Below are positions 14,244 to 26,562 of a stretch of 64,000 nt of DNA, one piece after another. A program made the translations under genes and the position numbers. The DNA is from Eledone cirrhosa (taxonomy: Eukaryota): contig OZ024741.1 of assembly GCA_964016885.1 (NCBI GenBank), positions 82,212,001 to 82,276,000 of the forward strand, written 5' to 3'. The notes below the pieces were generated by a model. It had not been told where the DNA came from. It was given only the letters and a program-made list of their open reading frames with translations, and made no database searches. The stretch's first letter is position 1. The number at the start of each line of letters is the position of its first letter.

Positions 14244-17165
14244 ATATTTCTTTATTAGCCACAGGGGCACAAAAGAAGGGGACAAATACAAAGGGGGAAG
14301 TTTACATACAATAAAAACGTGTAAAATGTTATCACAGATGGAATTTAAAAGTTAGTCGATTTTCCCCAATAGAGGGAGACAGTTTATATGGGTAACACAT
14401 ACCCCCGAAAAAAATGTGCAACCCTCATCTCCAGGAGTACGAAGAGCTTGTACTCCTTTCCTCTCCTCCTCCTTTTCCTCAATCTACAGGCTGATATAGA
14501 GAGAAGGCCCATTCACTCGGGCCATTCTCGCCACTTTCACCCACCTTTCATAAAACTTGCTGGGGTACAGCACCTCTCTCTCCATCCTGATTCTTCTTCC
14601 AAAGTGGTATTTGAAAAAAAGAATCAGTTGTTGGCCGGAGAGAAAGGTGTCTGATCTCAGCCCTTTCAACCTTGTCCACCATACAACCTCTTTCGCCATA
14701 GCTATCACACAAAGGAAAACCGCCTCTCGTTCGTTTTTGAAGGAGGGTGGCGGTTTGATCATGACAATGGACTCGGTGGTCAACTGGATTGGTCCCACCC
14801 GCGACAATAGTCGTTCTACATATCCCCACAGGTCAGTGACGCCCGGGCAGTGTATGAATGCGTGCGCGACGGTTTCTTCGTCTCGCACGCACCTCGGACA
14901 GATCTTTTTTGCAGGGTCCCTGCCCGGGCGCCCATGTCTGTAGAGCTTGTCTCGAACTGGTAGAGCTCCTCGGTAGCACTGCCAGGCCAGGGACTTTTGG
15001 AAGTTGTCCATCGGTCCCGGGCGGAAGGTCCTACCGAACAGACTGGCCAGTTCATCTTCCTCCACGCCTAGAGTTTCACCGAGCGCGTCGTCGCACTTGC
15101 TGCGGACCAACCCTCTATAGAATGACGAAGTGGAGTCTCCACTGATCGCCGGGTCCGCCTGCCAGAGGGCTGTGAGCGCCTGAGCACATTCGATGTGCCA
15201 GTCGCCCATTTTCCTCGGTCTCTGCTTGACCCAGGACTGCAGCTCGGTCAGTGAGACGAGTCGTGGGAAGGCTCGCCTCACGAACGGGGCCCACACCGGT
15301 TGTCCGGTGAGGAATACGTAGAGATGCCGCAGCCTGAGCGCGTGTTTGCGCATCGTCAACCACGGCATCCCCAGCCCTCCGTTAGAAGGGTGTTGGCAGC
15401 AGATGGATCTTCTTACCAAAGGAGCCCGCCTCTTCCAAAGGAATCGGAAGAGGGCGCGCTCCATTTTGGCGAGCGTTTTGGCTGGACAAGGCACGACGGT
15501 CAAGCGGTAGTAGATGGCGGACGCTATAAAAGTGTTCGCCACCTCCGCTCGACCTTTCAAGGATAGTTTGCACTCGGCCCACTTCTGGGTGAGTGCAAAC
15601 ACCTTGGCCGTCACTTCGTTCCAGTTCTTCTCCACCTGGAGGTCCGGACCAAACCAGACCCCAAGCAGCTTTACCGGTCCTTCCGTCCAGCGTCCGACGA
15701 CGCCATCGGAAGGCATCGGTCTGCCTCTCCACGATCCGAGTTGCAAACCGATGGACTTGTCCCGGTTCAGCTTCGCTCCTGTGAGACTTTCGTATTCCTT
15801 TAGTAAGGTGCCGACTTTCTCGATTTGCGAGGCGCTCGACACCATTACTGCCACGTCGACGGCGTAGGCCGACGCCGCTTTCCGCAGTCCCGGTTCCAGA
15901 GGGATGCCCTGCAATAGCTCCAGCTTCCGCAGTAGTGGCTCGAGAGTCAGTACGTACAGAAGGGAGGAGAGAGGGCATCCCTGTCGAATGGATCGCGTAA
16001 TATGGAACGGCTCCGAGAGGTAACCGTTCACCTTGACCCTTGAGCAGATGTTGCTGTTGTGCATTGCAGCAATCCAGCCCCTGAACACGGGTCCGAAGCC
16101 TGCCGCCTCGAGCACCGCATCCAGGTAACGATAGTCAACCCTATCGAAAGCCTTAGACTGATCCAAGTTGATCAGGGCCCCACCGAAGCCGGGTTTACAC
16201 CCTACCCTCTCTATGATGTATCGCATGAGGTGGAGGTTGTCGTGTATGGACCTGGTCGGGATCGCGCATGTCTGCGCTTCTCCCACCAGGTCCTCGACGA
16301 CAAGCGCCAGCCTCTTTGCCAACACCTTGGCCAAAATCTGTAACTCTGTGTTTAGCAGAGTTATGGGCCGGAAGTTGCCTATGTCATCCCCCTTATTCTC
16401 GTCCTTCCTGATTAGTGTGACCACGCCCCCGGTTACAGAACTGGGAATTCTCCCGTTCTGTTGCCAGTTGCAGTAGACCGCTTCCAGGAGACCGGAGAAT
16501 AAGTCCGGCATTGCTACGTAAAATTCGTAGGGTAGACCGTCGAGACCTGGAGATTTGCGTTTGCCGCATTGGCTCAGCGCGTCCCCTATCTCAGTGGCTG
16601 AAATCGGCTTTTCGCAGAACTTCGCCTCGCTGTCCGAGAGTCGCGGTAGGCCGTCGAGGTATGGACCGAAATCCATAGCCTCTCCCGGCGCGCCGTTCCC
16701 CCCGAACAGCCGAGCAAAGTGCCGCTGAAAAGCCGCACACATCTGCTTCGGCTCACGTATCACGCGTCCGTTTTGGTCCTTCAAAGACCGAATCGTGGAC
16801 TTGTTGCCACTTTTTGCCTCCGTCACTCGGGCCCAGTTAACAGCTTTGGCTCCCTCGTTTCCCAGAGCACGTATTTTGCTTCTGACAACGCAGCCCTCGT
16901 GCTTTGCGTCGAAGAACTGGTCCAAGGCCGTTCTCGTTGCTAGCACGCTGGCTACGTTGCCACTTCTAATTGCCTCTTCTACTTTATCTACCAGTTCCTT
17001 CTCGGTTCTATTTCTATCTAACGCTAATTCTTTACTAAAAACTATCGAGTCTAATCTAACTGCCCTCTTGAGAGAGTACCACCATCTGTTGTTGACAATG
17101 GCCCCTGTCAAGTGCTGTTTAACTAAAGTGCTAATCCGTCTACTGTAGGCTTTGCTTGTCGGTAA
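14244..17165 (-). mobile_element. 5'-truncated Tx1-like LINE flanked on both sides by (GATA)n
   Basis: Open RT plus zinc-finger ORF; 3' UTR ends ctgtggctAATAAAgaaata; GATA tracts at 14228-14243 and 17168-17194. Confidence 0.95.
14484..17165 (-). CDS. Tx1-like ORF2 (RT and C-terminal CCHC), lacking APE; catalytic YADD changed to YAVD
   Basis: KSPGLDG, NFRPITLLN, LDQSKAFDRV, IRQGCPLS, AYAVD, CPRC...ETVAHAFIHC. The start at 17198 in the ORF track is an artefact of the GATA repeat. Confidence 0.92.
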   Translation of the reverse strand, partial: LPTSKAYSRRISTLVKQHLTGAIVNNRWWYSLKRAVRLDSIVFSKELALDRNRTEKELVDKVEEAIRSGNVASVLATRTALDQFFDAKHEGCVVRSKIRALGNEGAKAVNWARVTEAKSGNKSTIRSLKDQNGRVIREPKQMCAAFQRHFARLFGGNGAPGEAMDFGPYLDGLPRLSDSEAKFCEKPISATEIGDALSQCGKRKSPGLDGLPYEFYVAMPDLFSGLLEAVYCNWQQNGRIPSSVTGGVVTLIRKDENKGDDIGNFRPITLLNTELQILAKVLAKRLALVVEDLVGEAQTCAIPTRSIHDNLHLMRYIIERVGCKPGFGGALINLDQSKAFDRVDYRYLDAVLEAAGFGPVFRGWIAAMHNSNICSRVKVNGYLSEPFHITRSIRQGCPLSSLLYVLTLEPLLRKLELLQGIPLEPGLRKAASAYAVDVAVMVSSASQIEKVGTLLKEYESLTGAKLNRDKSIGLQLGSWRGRPMPSDGVVGRWTEGPVKLLGVWFGPDLQVEKNWNEVTAKVFALTQKWAECKLSLKGRAEVANTFIASAIYYRLTVVPCPAKTLAKMERALFRFLWKRRAPLVRRSICCQHPSNGGLGMPWLTMRKHALRLRHLYVFLTGQPVWAPFVRRAFPRLVSLTELQSWVKQRPRKMGDWHIECAQALTALWQADPAISGDSTSSFYRGLVRSKCDDALGETLGVEEDELASLFGRTFRPGPMDNFQKSLAWQCYRGALPVRDKLYRHGRPGRDPAKKICPRCVRDEETVAHAFIHCPGVTDLWGYVERLLSRVGPIQLTTESIVMIKPPPSFKNEREAVFLCVIAMAKEVVWWTRLKGLRSDTFLSGQQLILFFKYHFGRRIRMEREVLYPSKFYERWVKVARMARVNGPSLYISL

Positions 17166-17204
17166 CGATAGATAGATAGATAGATAGATAGATAACAAAG
17201 AAGG

Positions 17205-17259
17205 ATCTAGCTGTCGAAACAGCCGGAGCTCAGCCGTAGGTGTCCTGACTCTTTTCCTA
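17205..17259 (+). mobile_element. Fragment of the 25.7-kb PLE-family 3' end (3' half of the hammerhead up to TTCCTA)
   Basis: tagctgtcgaaacagccggagctcagccgtaggtgtcctgactcttttccta then (TA)n; compare tagccgtcgaaacggcttgagctcagccgtcggggtcctactcgttccta at 37653-37702. Confidence 0.75.
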
Positions 17260-17373
17260 TATATATATGTATATAAACAATGAGTTAGAGACTTTGTTGA
17301 TATGTAATCAACAGAGTTATGTTCATAACAGATATGAAGCTCTCGACAGTTAGAAATTTATCTGGAGTATTAT

Positions 17374-17568
17374 AATAATTGTTTCTACTTTTGGCACAAG
17401 GCCAGCAATTAACCAGTACATTACTGGTGCTTTATTTTATCGACCCCGTAAGGATGAAAGGCAAAGTTACTCTCGGTGGGATTTGAACTCAGACCATAAA
17501 GGGACGTAACTCTTTGCTGCAAAGCATGGCGTCAAACCCTCTACCGATACTGCCAATCTACCGCCATC
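17374..17568 (-). mobile_element. tRNA-derived SINE
   Basis: Minus strand: ggcggtagattggcagtatcggtaga (A box), gagttcaaatccc (B box), ctttgcctttcatccttacggggtcgataaaataaag (conserved core), ccttgtgccaaaagtagaaacaattatta (tail). Confidence 0.85.
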
Positions 17569-18196
17569 TTATAATAATAATAGTAATAAATAGAGAATAT
17601 ATCTTTATAGCATCATCATTTATTTCGATATATATATTTCAAGGATACTAATTTATAGTATGCCTTCTTCAGTCAAAATTGAATATTAGATGTATAAAAA
17701 TGTCACATACTCATAAAAGAGATCACATTCGATCAATTCAAAACAGGTATGTGATTCAAAAATCTTAAAATTTCCTAGAATGTAAAATTATTGAGAAATA
17801 GAAACACATAGATAAATAAAAAGGACAGTTAAAATAGACGCTTGAAATGTTTTATTACTATTACTAGCAGAAAAACCACCCGTCGCAAGTATATATGCAT
17901 GTAGATATGATCAAAAATCGTAATTGATATACACAGAAATTGAAGAGAGACTGTTTTACACTGTCTTATGTAATCAGTAACGTAATCCATGATACATTAA
18001 AAAAAGACGATATTATATATAATCTGCATTAGGAGAAAAATATATGAATATTTATTTAAACGATCGCTAAGCGGAAGTGTTGACATTTAAATATTTTAAA
18101 GAAGTGAATTTTTAAATAAGTAATAAAATATATTTAATAAACAGCTACGAAATTTAATGGATAAATTATGTAATATTCATTCATTATTTATTCAAG

Positions 18197-18362
18197 GGTC
18201 GGACGTCATGCTTTGCAGCAAAGTGTTACGGCCCTTTATGATCTGAGTTCAAATCCCGCCGAGGTTAACTTTGCCTTTCATCCTTACGGGGTGGATAAAA
18301 TAAAGTACCAGTAATGCACTGTGTAATTGCTGGCCTTGTGCCAAAAGTAGAAACAATTATTG
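18197..18362 (+). mobile_element. tRNA-derived SINE, same family as 17374-17568
   Basis: gagttcaaatcccgccgaggttaactttgcctttcatccttacggggtggataaaataaagtaccag...ccttgtgccaaaagtagaaacaattatt. Confidence 0.85.
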
Positions 18363-18960
18363 ATTCAAAGTAATCCAACTTATTTTACTAAGGGGATAAC
18401 AAAATTATAAACCGTACGCAGTCCCGCGCTTCTTACTTTATTATAGTTTAGATTATATATAGAGGAAAGATGTGTGTGTGTGGATAGAGAGAAAAGGTGG
18501 GTGGAGAATCGACACCAATGTTGGATTGGTACTTTATTTATCGGCCTGATACGCGACGGGGTCCACCCACATACCCGGCGGACATAATGGAGAAAGCGTT
18601 TACCCGGAGGACGGCAATGGAGACCGCACTGGAAAAGCCACTCCAACTCGCGGGGCTCACACCTGCGGCTGGTCAGCTCAGCGCCTATGGTGGTGAGTAA
18701 GGAGGTATTTATGAATTCGCTTAGTATTAAGCATGTGTTACATGGCGAAGATTTGATGTGAGAAACTACAATACGGAATGAATGAACAAAATAATATAAA
18801 AGATACTAACGCAACATAATATCGCTTGATGGTGAGACGGTAAAAGACGTTAATGATATTGTAGACGCGGAGATCTCAAAGATGAACTGCCGATGTCTTA
18901 TTAGAAAATATGAGGAGTATCTATGAAAGAAGTTCAAAATTGAAAATAAACATGTTCTTA

Positions 18961-19083
18961 ACACACACACACACACACACATACACACACATACACACAC
19001 ACTCACACACACACACACTCACACACACACACACACACACTCACACACACACACACGCACACACACACACACACACACGCACA

Positions 19084-19125
<42 letters not shown>

Positions 19126-19188
19126 CGCGCGCACACACAAACACACGACACACAACCAACACACATATATACATATATATATATATAT
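18961..19188. repeat. (CA)n/(TA)n microsatellite
   Basis: Directly visible. Confidence 0.97.
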
Positions 19189-19221
19189 TCTGTCGCCTTA
19201 ATCTTTCTAATTCCTCATTCT

Positions 19222-19262
19222 TTCTTCTGATGAAGGACTAGTGTCCGAAACGTTCAGATCCT
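19222..19262 (+). ncRNA. Minimal hammerhead-ribozyme-like motif
   Basis: CTGATGA-a-GGAC-tagt-GTCC-GAAAC-gtt: canonical core and 4-bp stem II, palindromic AACGTT at stem III; stem I is weak. Confidence 0.65.
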
Positions 19263-19309
19263 CTTCCTGCTATTTCAAACGTTAAACTATTATATTCCTT
19301 CCATATACT

Positions 19310-20750
19310 GTACTGATTGTGGTAAGGCATTTCCCAGTCAAGGAGCAAGTAGCGGTGTTCCTGCAATTGCATTTTCTGATACCGACCGGTGTAGTTCCTG
19401 AGGAACCACAGTACCCCTGGTGTCGGATCTCTGTTCTTGTCTGCTCTATGGGTAAGACCACAGGGGGTTGGGGTGGCCCGAATCACCTCACGCGTATGGG
19501 TCCGTTCATGCATAGAATTGATATTAGTTCTGCCATGCCTTATCTCGCCCTGGGCTGTCCTAAGTCTACTATAATTGATCTTAGCTATATTCTGAGCTAT
19601 GTTACTGGTTGTGGAGTAGGGCAGCTTGATGGTATTCATATTGAATATTTTATAGTATTTGTGTGATATAGGGAAGCAATTGTCCAAGGCCCTAAAGAAA
19701 AGCTTGGCTATACTAGTGGTCAGGCCAGTGGAGTATTTTTGTACCACAGGATTTTTCTGTTTCGATGCCTCTTGTTCTTATTATCTATACTAGTGTTACC
19801 TGCTTCCTTGGTTGCTACTGGTCTATTAGAACTGATAACTTCCTGTGAGTCGATGATGTCCGGGGGTGTCCAGGTGGTGTTTGGAATCATCCCAAGTCTC
19901 CGCGGCGGTGTACCCTCCGTGCAGTTATTGAATTTACCCTCGATAGCAGGGGTTATATCCACTATGCGCCTACTACATTTATCCTTATTCCCCCTACCCG
20001 ACCTCCTTTCTATTTTACGTTCAACGGTTGTTTTATCAGCTCTACAGTTCAGGTTATAATTAAAGTTGCCGCTGGCTGTACGGTGCTCGGACACCGTATT
20101 TGAACCTAGGTGGTTATTCTCATTGTACCGATGTCATTTAGACTAGGAGGCAATACAACATGAAGTCTATATTAGTCCGCCTTCGCCTCCCGCCTGCTGT
20201 TAACTAAAGTGTCACTATTTTGGCCTAAGCTATTGTTGCTACTACTACCTAATGGACGTTTCAATGAGATTCCCTCGCTACACCCCACGCTTTCCAGGGC
20301 ACTATTATAGTAATATGAGACCCTATCGAATGTATTTTCATTGGAAGATAGTCCTGAAATTCTACTAGAGACGCTTTTGGTAATACCGTTAGTGACTATT
20401 CTAGGGTGGTTCGATGTTGCGTTGACATAATTTAAATTCTCATTGGGTTTGTGGTAGAGTTGGAAGAGTCCTGAACTGAAGGTTAAGTGTAACATCTAGA
20501 AAATTAACTATCTTTAGGTTTTCTTCAAACATTATACTTACGTCTATGATTTTGAAGAATTTTCTTAGTTATTTCCTCACCCTCTCTACCATACTATTAT
20601 TAAACAGAACCTCGTCGCGGTAAGCCCCACCTCCCAAGTCGAGGATGTAGTGGCCCACCAGATCCGTCCCCTGGGCTGAGTCCGTGGATCCCATGGTTGT
20701 GTGAAAATTGTCCGGCCAGTCTTTCCTTGTCCACGAGTCTCCGTTTTACA
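19310..20750 (-). mobile_element. Degenerate Penelope-like element (RT C-terminus to Cys linker)
   Basis: YHKPNENLNYVNATSNHP...SSRISGLSSNE; FPISHKYYKIFNMNTIKLPYSTT; CNCRNTATCSLTGKC; homologous to ORF 22438. Confidence 0.88.
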
Positions 20751-20858
20751 TCATCTAGCTGTTCCCATAAACGGAATTTGAGATATACAAAAGCGTGGAG
20801 AACTTAATATTGCTAACAAAAGTTTATTGGACCAATAATACGCCTTACTATATAACAA

Positions 20859-21347
<489 letters not shown>

Positions 21348-21350
<3 letters not shown>

Positions 21351-22490
21351 ATACAATAACAGAGAAAGCTTTAAGCTAAACTCCGACTGGTAACCATCTC
21401 ACTCAACAAACTTTAGGTTATACGTTAGTATAATCCCAATTTAGTGTTTGGAGTGCTAACTATATGTATTTTGTGGAAAGCCAGTTGTATTATTTTATAT
21501 GAGATATAATTAAAGTTAAAATATATCTCTCTTTCCAAACAATTGTTTCATTATAAGTTTTCTACAAGTTGGAAGAATGTTTCCAGTTTATGTAGAAGCC
21601 TGACATATTTTCCTGTAAGAATATATGTAGGTGGGCACTTATAAATCGTCAGTGGATGCCCATTAAACTTTGATATAAGAACAAATTTCTTACCCCAGTT
21701 ATTTTTCGTGTCAGCTAAATTGTCCCTTCACGCATCGAATGACCGCCAAATTTGAAATTCCAGCAATCTTTAGAATGAGGAAGTATCGTAGCGTTACGAA
21801 GCGGAAAAGGGAGACAATCACGAGTCACGATAAAAGTAAAATAATATACACGTGGGTTAATTAGTTTTTTCAAAAACATTATCAATCCCGCGTGTTAAGA
21901 ACTCAATTAATTTTAAAAAAATAAATGTATGCGTGTATTAATTACACACGCATATAGATATTTTCTTAGGCTAAAAACAGAGAAGTGATACCTAAATAAC
22001 AAACAATATCTCATAACTGTAATAAATACGGAAAGTTACGTTTAAAAGGCATCTAGGAACATACATCTCTGGCCAAATTAAGAGTAAAATATTTAAGACA
22101 CGCGGGTTAATTAGTTATTTCAAAACCATTATCGATTCCGCATTTTGAGAACTCAATTAATTAAAAAAAAGTAATGTATGCATGTAATTATTTACACACG
22201 CATATATATATTTTCTTAGGCTAAAAACAGAGAAGTGATACCTAAAAAACAAACAATATCTCATAACAGTAATAAATACGGAAAGTTACGTTTAAAGGCA
22301 CCTGGAAATATAAATCTCTGGCCAAATCAAGAGTAAAATATTTAATACAGTAACAGAGAAAGTTTTAATCTAAACTCCGACTGGTAACCATCTCACTCAA
22401 CAAACATTAGGTTATACGTTAGTATAATCCCAATTTAGTGTTTGGGGTGCTAACTATATGTATTTTGTGGAAAGCCAGTTGTATTATTTT
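21348..22490 (+). repeat. Unclassified tandem repeat, unit about 995 bp with an internal ~240 bp duplication; second unit cut by a PLE
   Basis: ttaataca.taacagagaaag...ctccgactggtaacc starts at about 21348 and again at about 22342; 21845-22085 is repeated at 22095-22335. Confidence 0.85.
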
Positions 22491-22509
22491 ATATATATAT
22501 ATCGATCTA

Positions 22510-24570
22510 TTTGCGAAAAGACTTAGATGGAGAACTTTTTTCTATGACAGATATTGCGACAACCAAGACTTCGGCACCAAGGAGAGATTCGGATTTATTA
22601 CCTACAAATCTCCGCCCCTGAACCCCTTGCTCGCACCCTTCGAGAATGACCTCTTCCAACTGGTCAAGAACATTAAATTTAAACCCAGACACAACCGATT
22701 CCTACAAAAACTCCGTAGCAACCTAACAGAGTATGATAACACAAATGACATCATGGTGCATTCGGATAAAACTGGGAACCTATACTTTGTCAACCCTGAC
22801 AGATACCACACACTGATCAAGAACAGCCTAAACTCCACCTATAAAAAGGCCAACCACTCTTGCATCGAGGACATAAATCGAGATGGACAACAAATCACCT
22901 CCAGCCTCGGGGTCGCCGACTGCACGGAACCTCTAGACCCATGGACACCATACTTCACACTGAAGGACCATAAATCCGACTTTGACCGTAAACCCTCTAT
23001 CAGGCTTATTAACCCAACGAAGTCCGACATAGGGAGAATCAGCAAAAAAATCCTAGACCGCGTGATACCAAAAGTCAAGCAACACACCCGACTTAGCCTA
23101 TGGATCAACACCCAGGAAGTAATCTCCTGGTTCAGCAATATGGAGGATAAACGAGAAACTAAATTCATACAGTTCGACATAGAGAGCTACTATGCTTCAA
23201 TCACCTTACCGCTACTTACTACCGCCTTGGACTTCGCCGAAACACTCGTGCCCATCACCGACCAGGAAAGAAAAATCATCCTCCACGCCAGGAAGACAGT
23301 CTTACTCTTTGACGACTCTAAATGGATAAAAAGAGCTCCCGACTCACCCTTCGACGTCAGCATGGGCGCCACGGATTCGGCGGAGGTCACTGATCTTATA
23401 GGATTATTCCTAATAGCCAAACTCACTGATATGTTTCCTGCATTCGGTGGTGGATTGTACCGTGATGATGGGCTCCTTACCCTTAAAGGGTACAACCCCA
23501 GTAGTACAGATCGGGTCCGGAAACAATTAATCAGATTCTTCCGCGACTGGGGATTTAAAATAACCCTACAAACGTCCCTGACCCGAGTAAACTTCCTGGA
23601 CGTAACCCTCGACCTCGAAAACGACCTGTACTACCCATACAGGAAACCTAATGACAATCTGCACTACATCCACCGCCGATCAAACCATCCTAGGAACATC
23701 ACAAACAACCTGGTCCAAAACATCTCCCTCCGCATATCCCGTTTGTCAGCTAATGAGCGGATATTCGATGAACATGCGCCTTATTACAACCAGACCCTCA
23801 AGCGGAGTGGTTTCCGGGAGGAAATATCCTACTGTCCAGCTCCCATTAGCGGAACCAGCAGGAGACACCGCCGCTCACGCAATTTAACATGGTTCAATCC
23901 TCCCCACAACGCAGAGGTGACTACTCCCATCGGGAAACTATTCTTTAGGCTCATTGAAAAACACTTCCCATTACAACACCGCTACCACAACATAATTAAC
24001 AAAAATACCATCAAACTCTCTTACAGCACTACACCAAACTTCGCACAAAACATCGTCTCCTCTAACAACAAAAAACTCAACCCCGATGGCAGAAATAACC
24101 TAAATAGCAGTGGAGAACCGACCAGGAGGTGTAACTGCCCGGATAGATCTATTTGCCCACTCGACAATAGATGCAGAGACCGTAATGTGATCTACCAGTG
24201 CAACGTGAGGACGGATACCTCCAACAAAGCCTATATAGGACTTACCGCATGTGACTTCAAGACCCGGCTATACCAACATAGACATACCTTCCGAAACCCG
24301 GCCCGGCGTCACGCCACTACACTTTCGGGCCACATATGGGACCTCAAGGACAACAACATCACCTATGATCTCACTTGGAGATTACTGTCCAGAGCCAATT
24401 CTTACACGGGAGGACGCCGTCCGTGCAATTTATGCTCGGAGGAAACTTTACAAATGCTGTTTTCGACGGACCAACTCCTAAACAAGAAAGATGAACTGGT
24501 TACTGCATGTAAACATAGATTGCGTAGGACTTACCTCGCCCTCAAACCCCATAATGACTCGGGGGGGTAG
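22510..24570 (+). CDS. PLE reverse transcriptase / GIY-YIG endonuclease (YRDDGL type, tentatively Nematis-like), no natural start codon
   Basis: RLINPTKSDIG, QFDIESYYASI, MGATDSAEVTDLIG, GLYRDDGL, VNFLDV, SNHP, CNCP...CPLDNRC, VIYQC...YIGLT...FKTRLYQH, CNLCSEE. Confidence 0.93.
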   Translation, partial: FAKRLRWRTFFYDRYCDNQDFGTKERFGFITYKSPPLNPLLAPFENDLFQLVKNIKFKPRHNRFLQKLRSNLTEYDNTNDIMVHSDKTGNLYFVNPDRYHTLIKNSLNSTYKKANHSCIEDINRDGQQITSSLGVADCTEPLDPWTPYFTLKDHKSDFDRKPSIRLINPTKSDIGRISKKILDRVIPKVKQHTRLSLWINTQEVISWFSNMEDKRETKFIQFDIESYYASITLPLLTTALDFAETLVPITDQERKIILHARKTVLLFDDSKWIKRAPDSPFDVSMGATDSAEVTDLIGLFLIAKLTDMFPAFGGGLYRDDGLLTLKGYNPSSTDRVRKQLIRFFRDWGFKITLQTSLTRVNFLDVTLDLENDLYYPYRKPNDNLHYIHRRSNHPRNITNNLVQNISLRISRLSANERIFDEHAPYYNQTLKRSGFREEISYCPAPISGTSRRHRRSRNLTWFNPPHNAEVTTPIGKLFFRLIEKHFPLQHRYHNIINKNTIKLSYSTTPNFAQNIVSSNNKKLNPDGRNNLNSSGEPTRRCNCPDRSICPLDNRCRDRNVIYQCNVRTDTSNKAYIGLTACDFKTRLYQHRHTFRNPARRHATTLSGHIWDLKDNNITYDLTWRLLSRANSYTGGRRPCNLCSEETLQMLFSTDQLLNKKDELVTACKHRLRRTYLALKPHNDSGG

Positions 24571-25678
24571 ACTAGGGCTATAACACCCCACTTGCCGATT
24601 TTGCAATGGGTAACCCCTGCTTGCCAAGGAAGACGTAAGATCTTCTTTGTATTCTTTTATCGCTTCCTTTATTTCCTTCCCCCCTCTCTCCTTTGTCCTT
24701 CTACCCCAGCTCTTCTCCTTTGTCGGCGTCTTTTCTCGCCCACCCGAGGCTGCCCTTTGGCCCCATGTAGCCTTAGTACACCCACCCCCCACCCCTCCCC
24801 TAGTCTATGATAGATTTGGCGGACTCCGCCCTTTATAGCAGTTGGCTTAGACCCCGGATACTTGCCCCCTTTTTCCGACCGCTCCCACTATTCTCTGTGC
24901 CCTCTATATTTCTTAGTGGCACTTATGCCTTATTTTTTCGTTTCAGTATTTCTTGCTTCGCTTTTCTTCTGGGCGGGGTGGATTCTGAATTTATTTTTCC
25001 GTATTCTACCTTTATTTCGTACGAACTTTCATGTAGCTTGTTTTAGATCTTTTAGAGTTAGCATTAGTATATATTTTTCTCGGGACTCAGAATTATTATC
25101 TCGTACAAGTTCACTTTGCTGCACTGGGTCGTTGCTGGCCCGGGATGGAAACCTTTATTGTTTATTTCGTGGTAGTCTCTTTAGTATTTTGGCCCCTTTT
25201 GTTGACCCGTCACCGTATCATTTACGTACTTATACCTCTTAAAAGGGTCCTCGCCTATACCGTCCCACCTAGTTCTTTTACTTATTTCCTTATTTATTTA
25301 TTTATTTATTTATTTACTTCTTTCTTTCTTTATTTTATTCTCGCCTAACAATAGCCTGACACCTAGGTCGTAGAATTTAATTTACTTTACTTTTTTCTTT
25401 ACACTTATTTGCTTTTCTTCACTCTCAGTATTTTTTCTTTCCTATTTCTACCCCCCTATTGTTCTACCTACCGTTCCGACTTCCTCCCCCTCCCCCTCCC
25501 CTGTATCTTCTTTGACCTCATGCCCAGCTGTAGCTGGCACTACCAACGCTTGATTGGGTCTACTCCACCCCCTCCCCTCTTTCTCCTACTGGCAGGTTTA
25601 GCCACCATCTCCCCTACTAATTTGCAACCACAGAATTACTACTGATTTTTGACAATCACTTTGACCATATATGGAATT

Positions 25679-25772
25679 ACCCCTTGAGAAGATCGGCTAT
25701 TTAAATACCAGGATAAATGTTCATTTAGTCCAGAATTAGCCGTCGAAACGGCTTGAGCTCAGCTGTCGGGGT
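25679..25772 (+). ncRNA. Type I hammerhead ribozyme with UUGAGAA (C3U/G8A) core
   Basis: Stem I ACCCC/GGGGT; core TTGAGAA; stem II GA(T)CGGCTA/TAGCCGTC with a ~37-nt loop; GAA; stem III ACGGC/GCTGT with palindromic TGAGCTCA; predicted cut after GUC at 25767. Confidence 0.82.
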
Positions 25773-25863
25773 CTTACTGGTTCCTATTACCCACTCTACT
25801 ACCTCAAGTATTGAGTACTTTGGTGCGTTATGGTCCACCTGGTTCCTTACCACATTTCCTTCG

Positions 25864-25935
<72 letters not shown>

Positions 25936-25965
25936 GCACATCTATATATATATGTACACACACAC

Positions 25966-26028
<63 letters not shown>

Positions 26029-26033
26029 AATGT

Positions 26034-26064
<31 letters not shown>

Positions 26065-26359
26065 TATATATATACATACACACCCACACAGACACACACA
26101 TATATATATACATGTACATAGATATAGATATATAAGTATACATAAGTATAAGTTATTTTTTATCCCTTCACTGAATTTCATTCATTTCAATTCATGTAGA
26201 CATATTGTCTCCAATGTTTTGTATTCACCCTTTAGCCAACAGCAAAAAAGTTCAAGAAACTCTTCAGATTACTCCTCACATAAATAATCTAACTTACCAG
26301 CCTAAACAACATAATTGTAGCATTATATGTTGAACTTAAATAAAATATGTAACTATATA

Positions 26360-26488
<129 letters not shown>

Positions 26489-26562
26489 ATAAGTATATAT
26501 ATATCTAAATACATAAAAAATATGTATGCCTATATGGCACCATATATGTTTATTAAACTGGG

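Larger units (their letters stand above)
22500..25866 (+). mobile_element. Penelope-like retroelement, 5'-truncated, with open RT + GIY-YIG ORF, long 3' UTR, hammerhead and tail; TA-flanked
   Basis: ORF motifs (next feature); ends ...ccacatttccttcgtta then (TA)n; starts after a short TA run at 22490-22502. Confidence 0.95.

Noticed and set aside
14557-17148. Overlapping and antisense ORFs over Tx1 and PLE coding regions
   Set aside because: Expected shadow frames of GC-richer coding sequence; no motifs recognised.
17374-18362. A/B-box sequences as tRNA genes
   Set aside because: No cloverleaf; followed by SINE core and tail, with several diverged copies.
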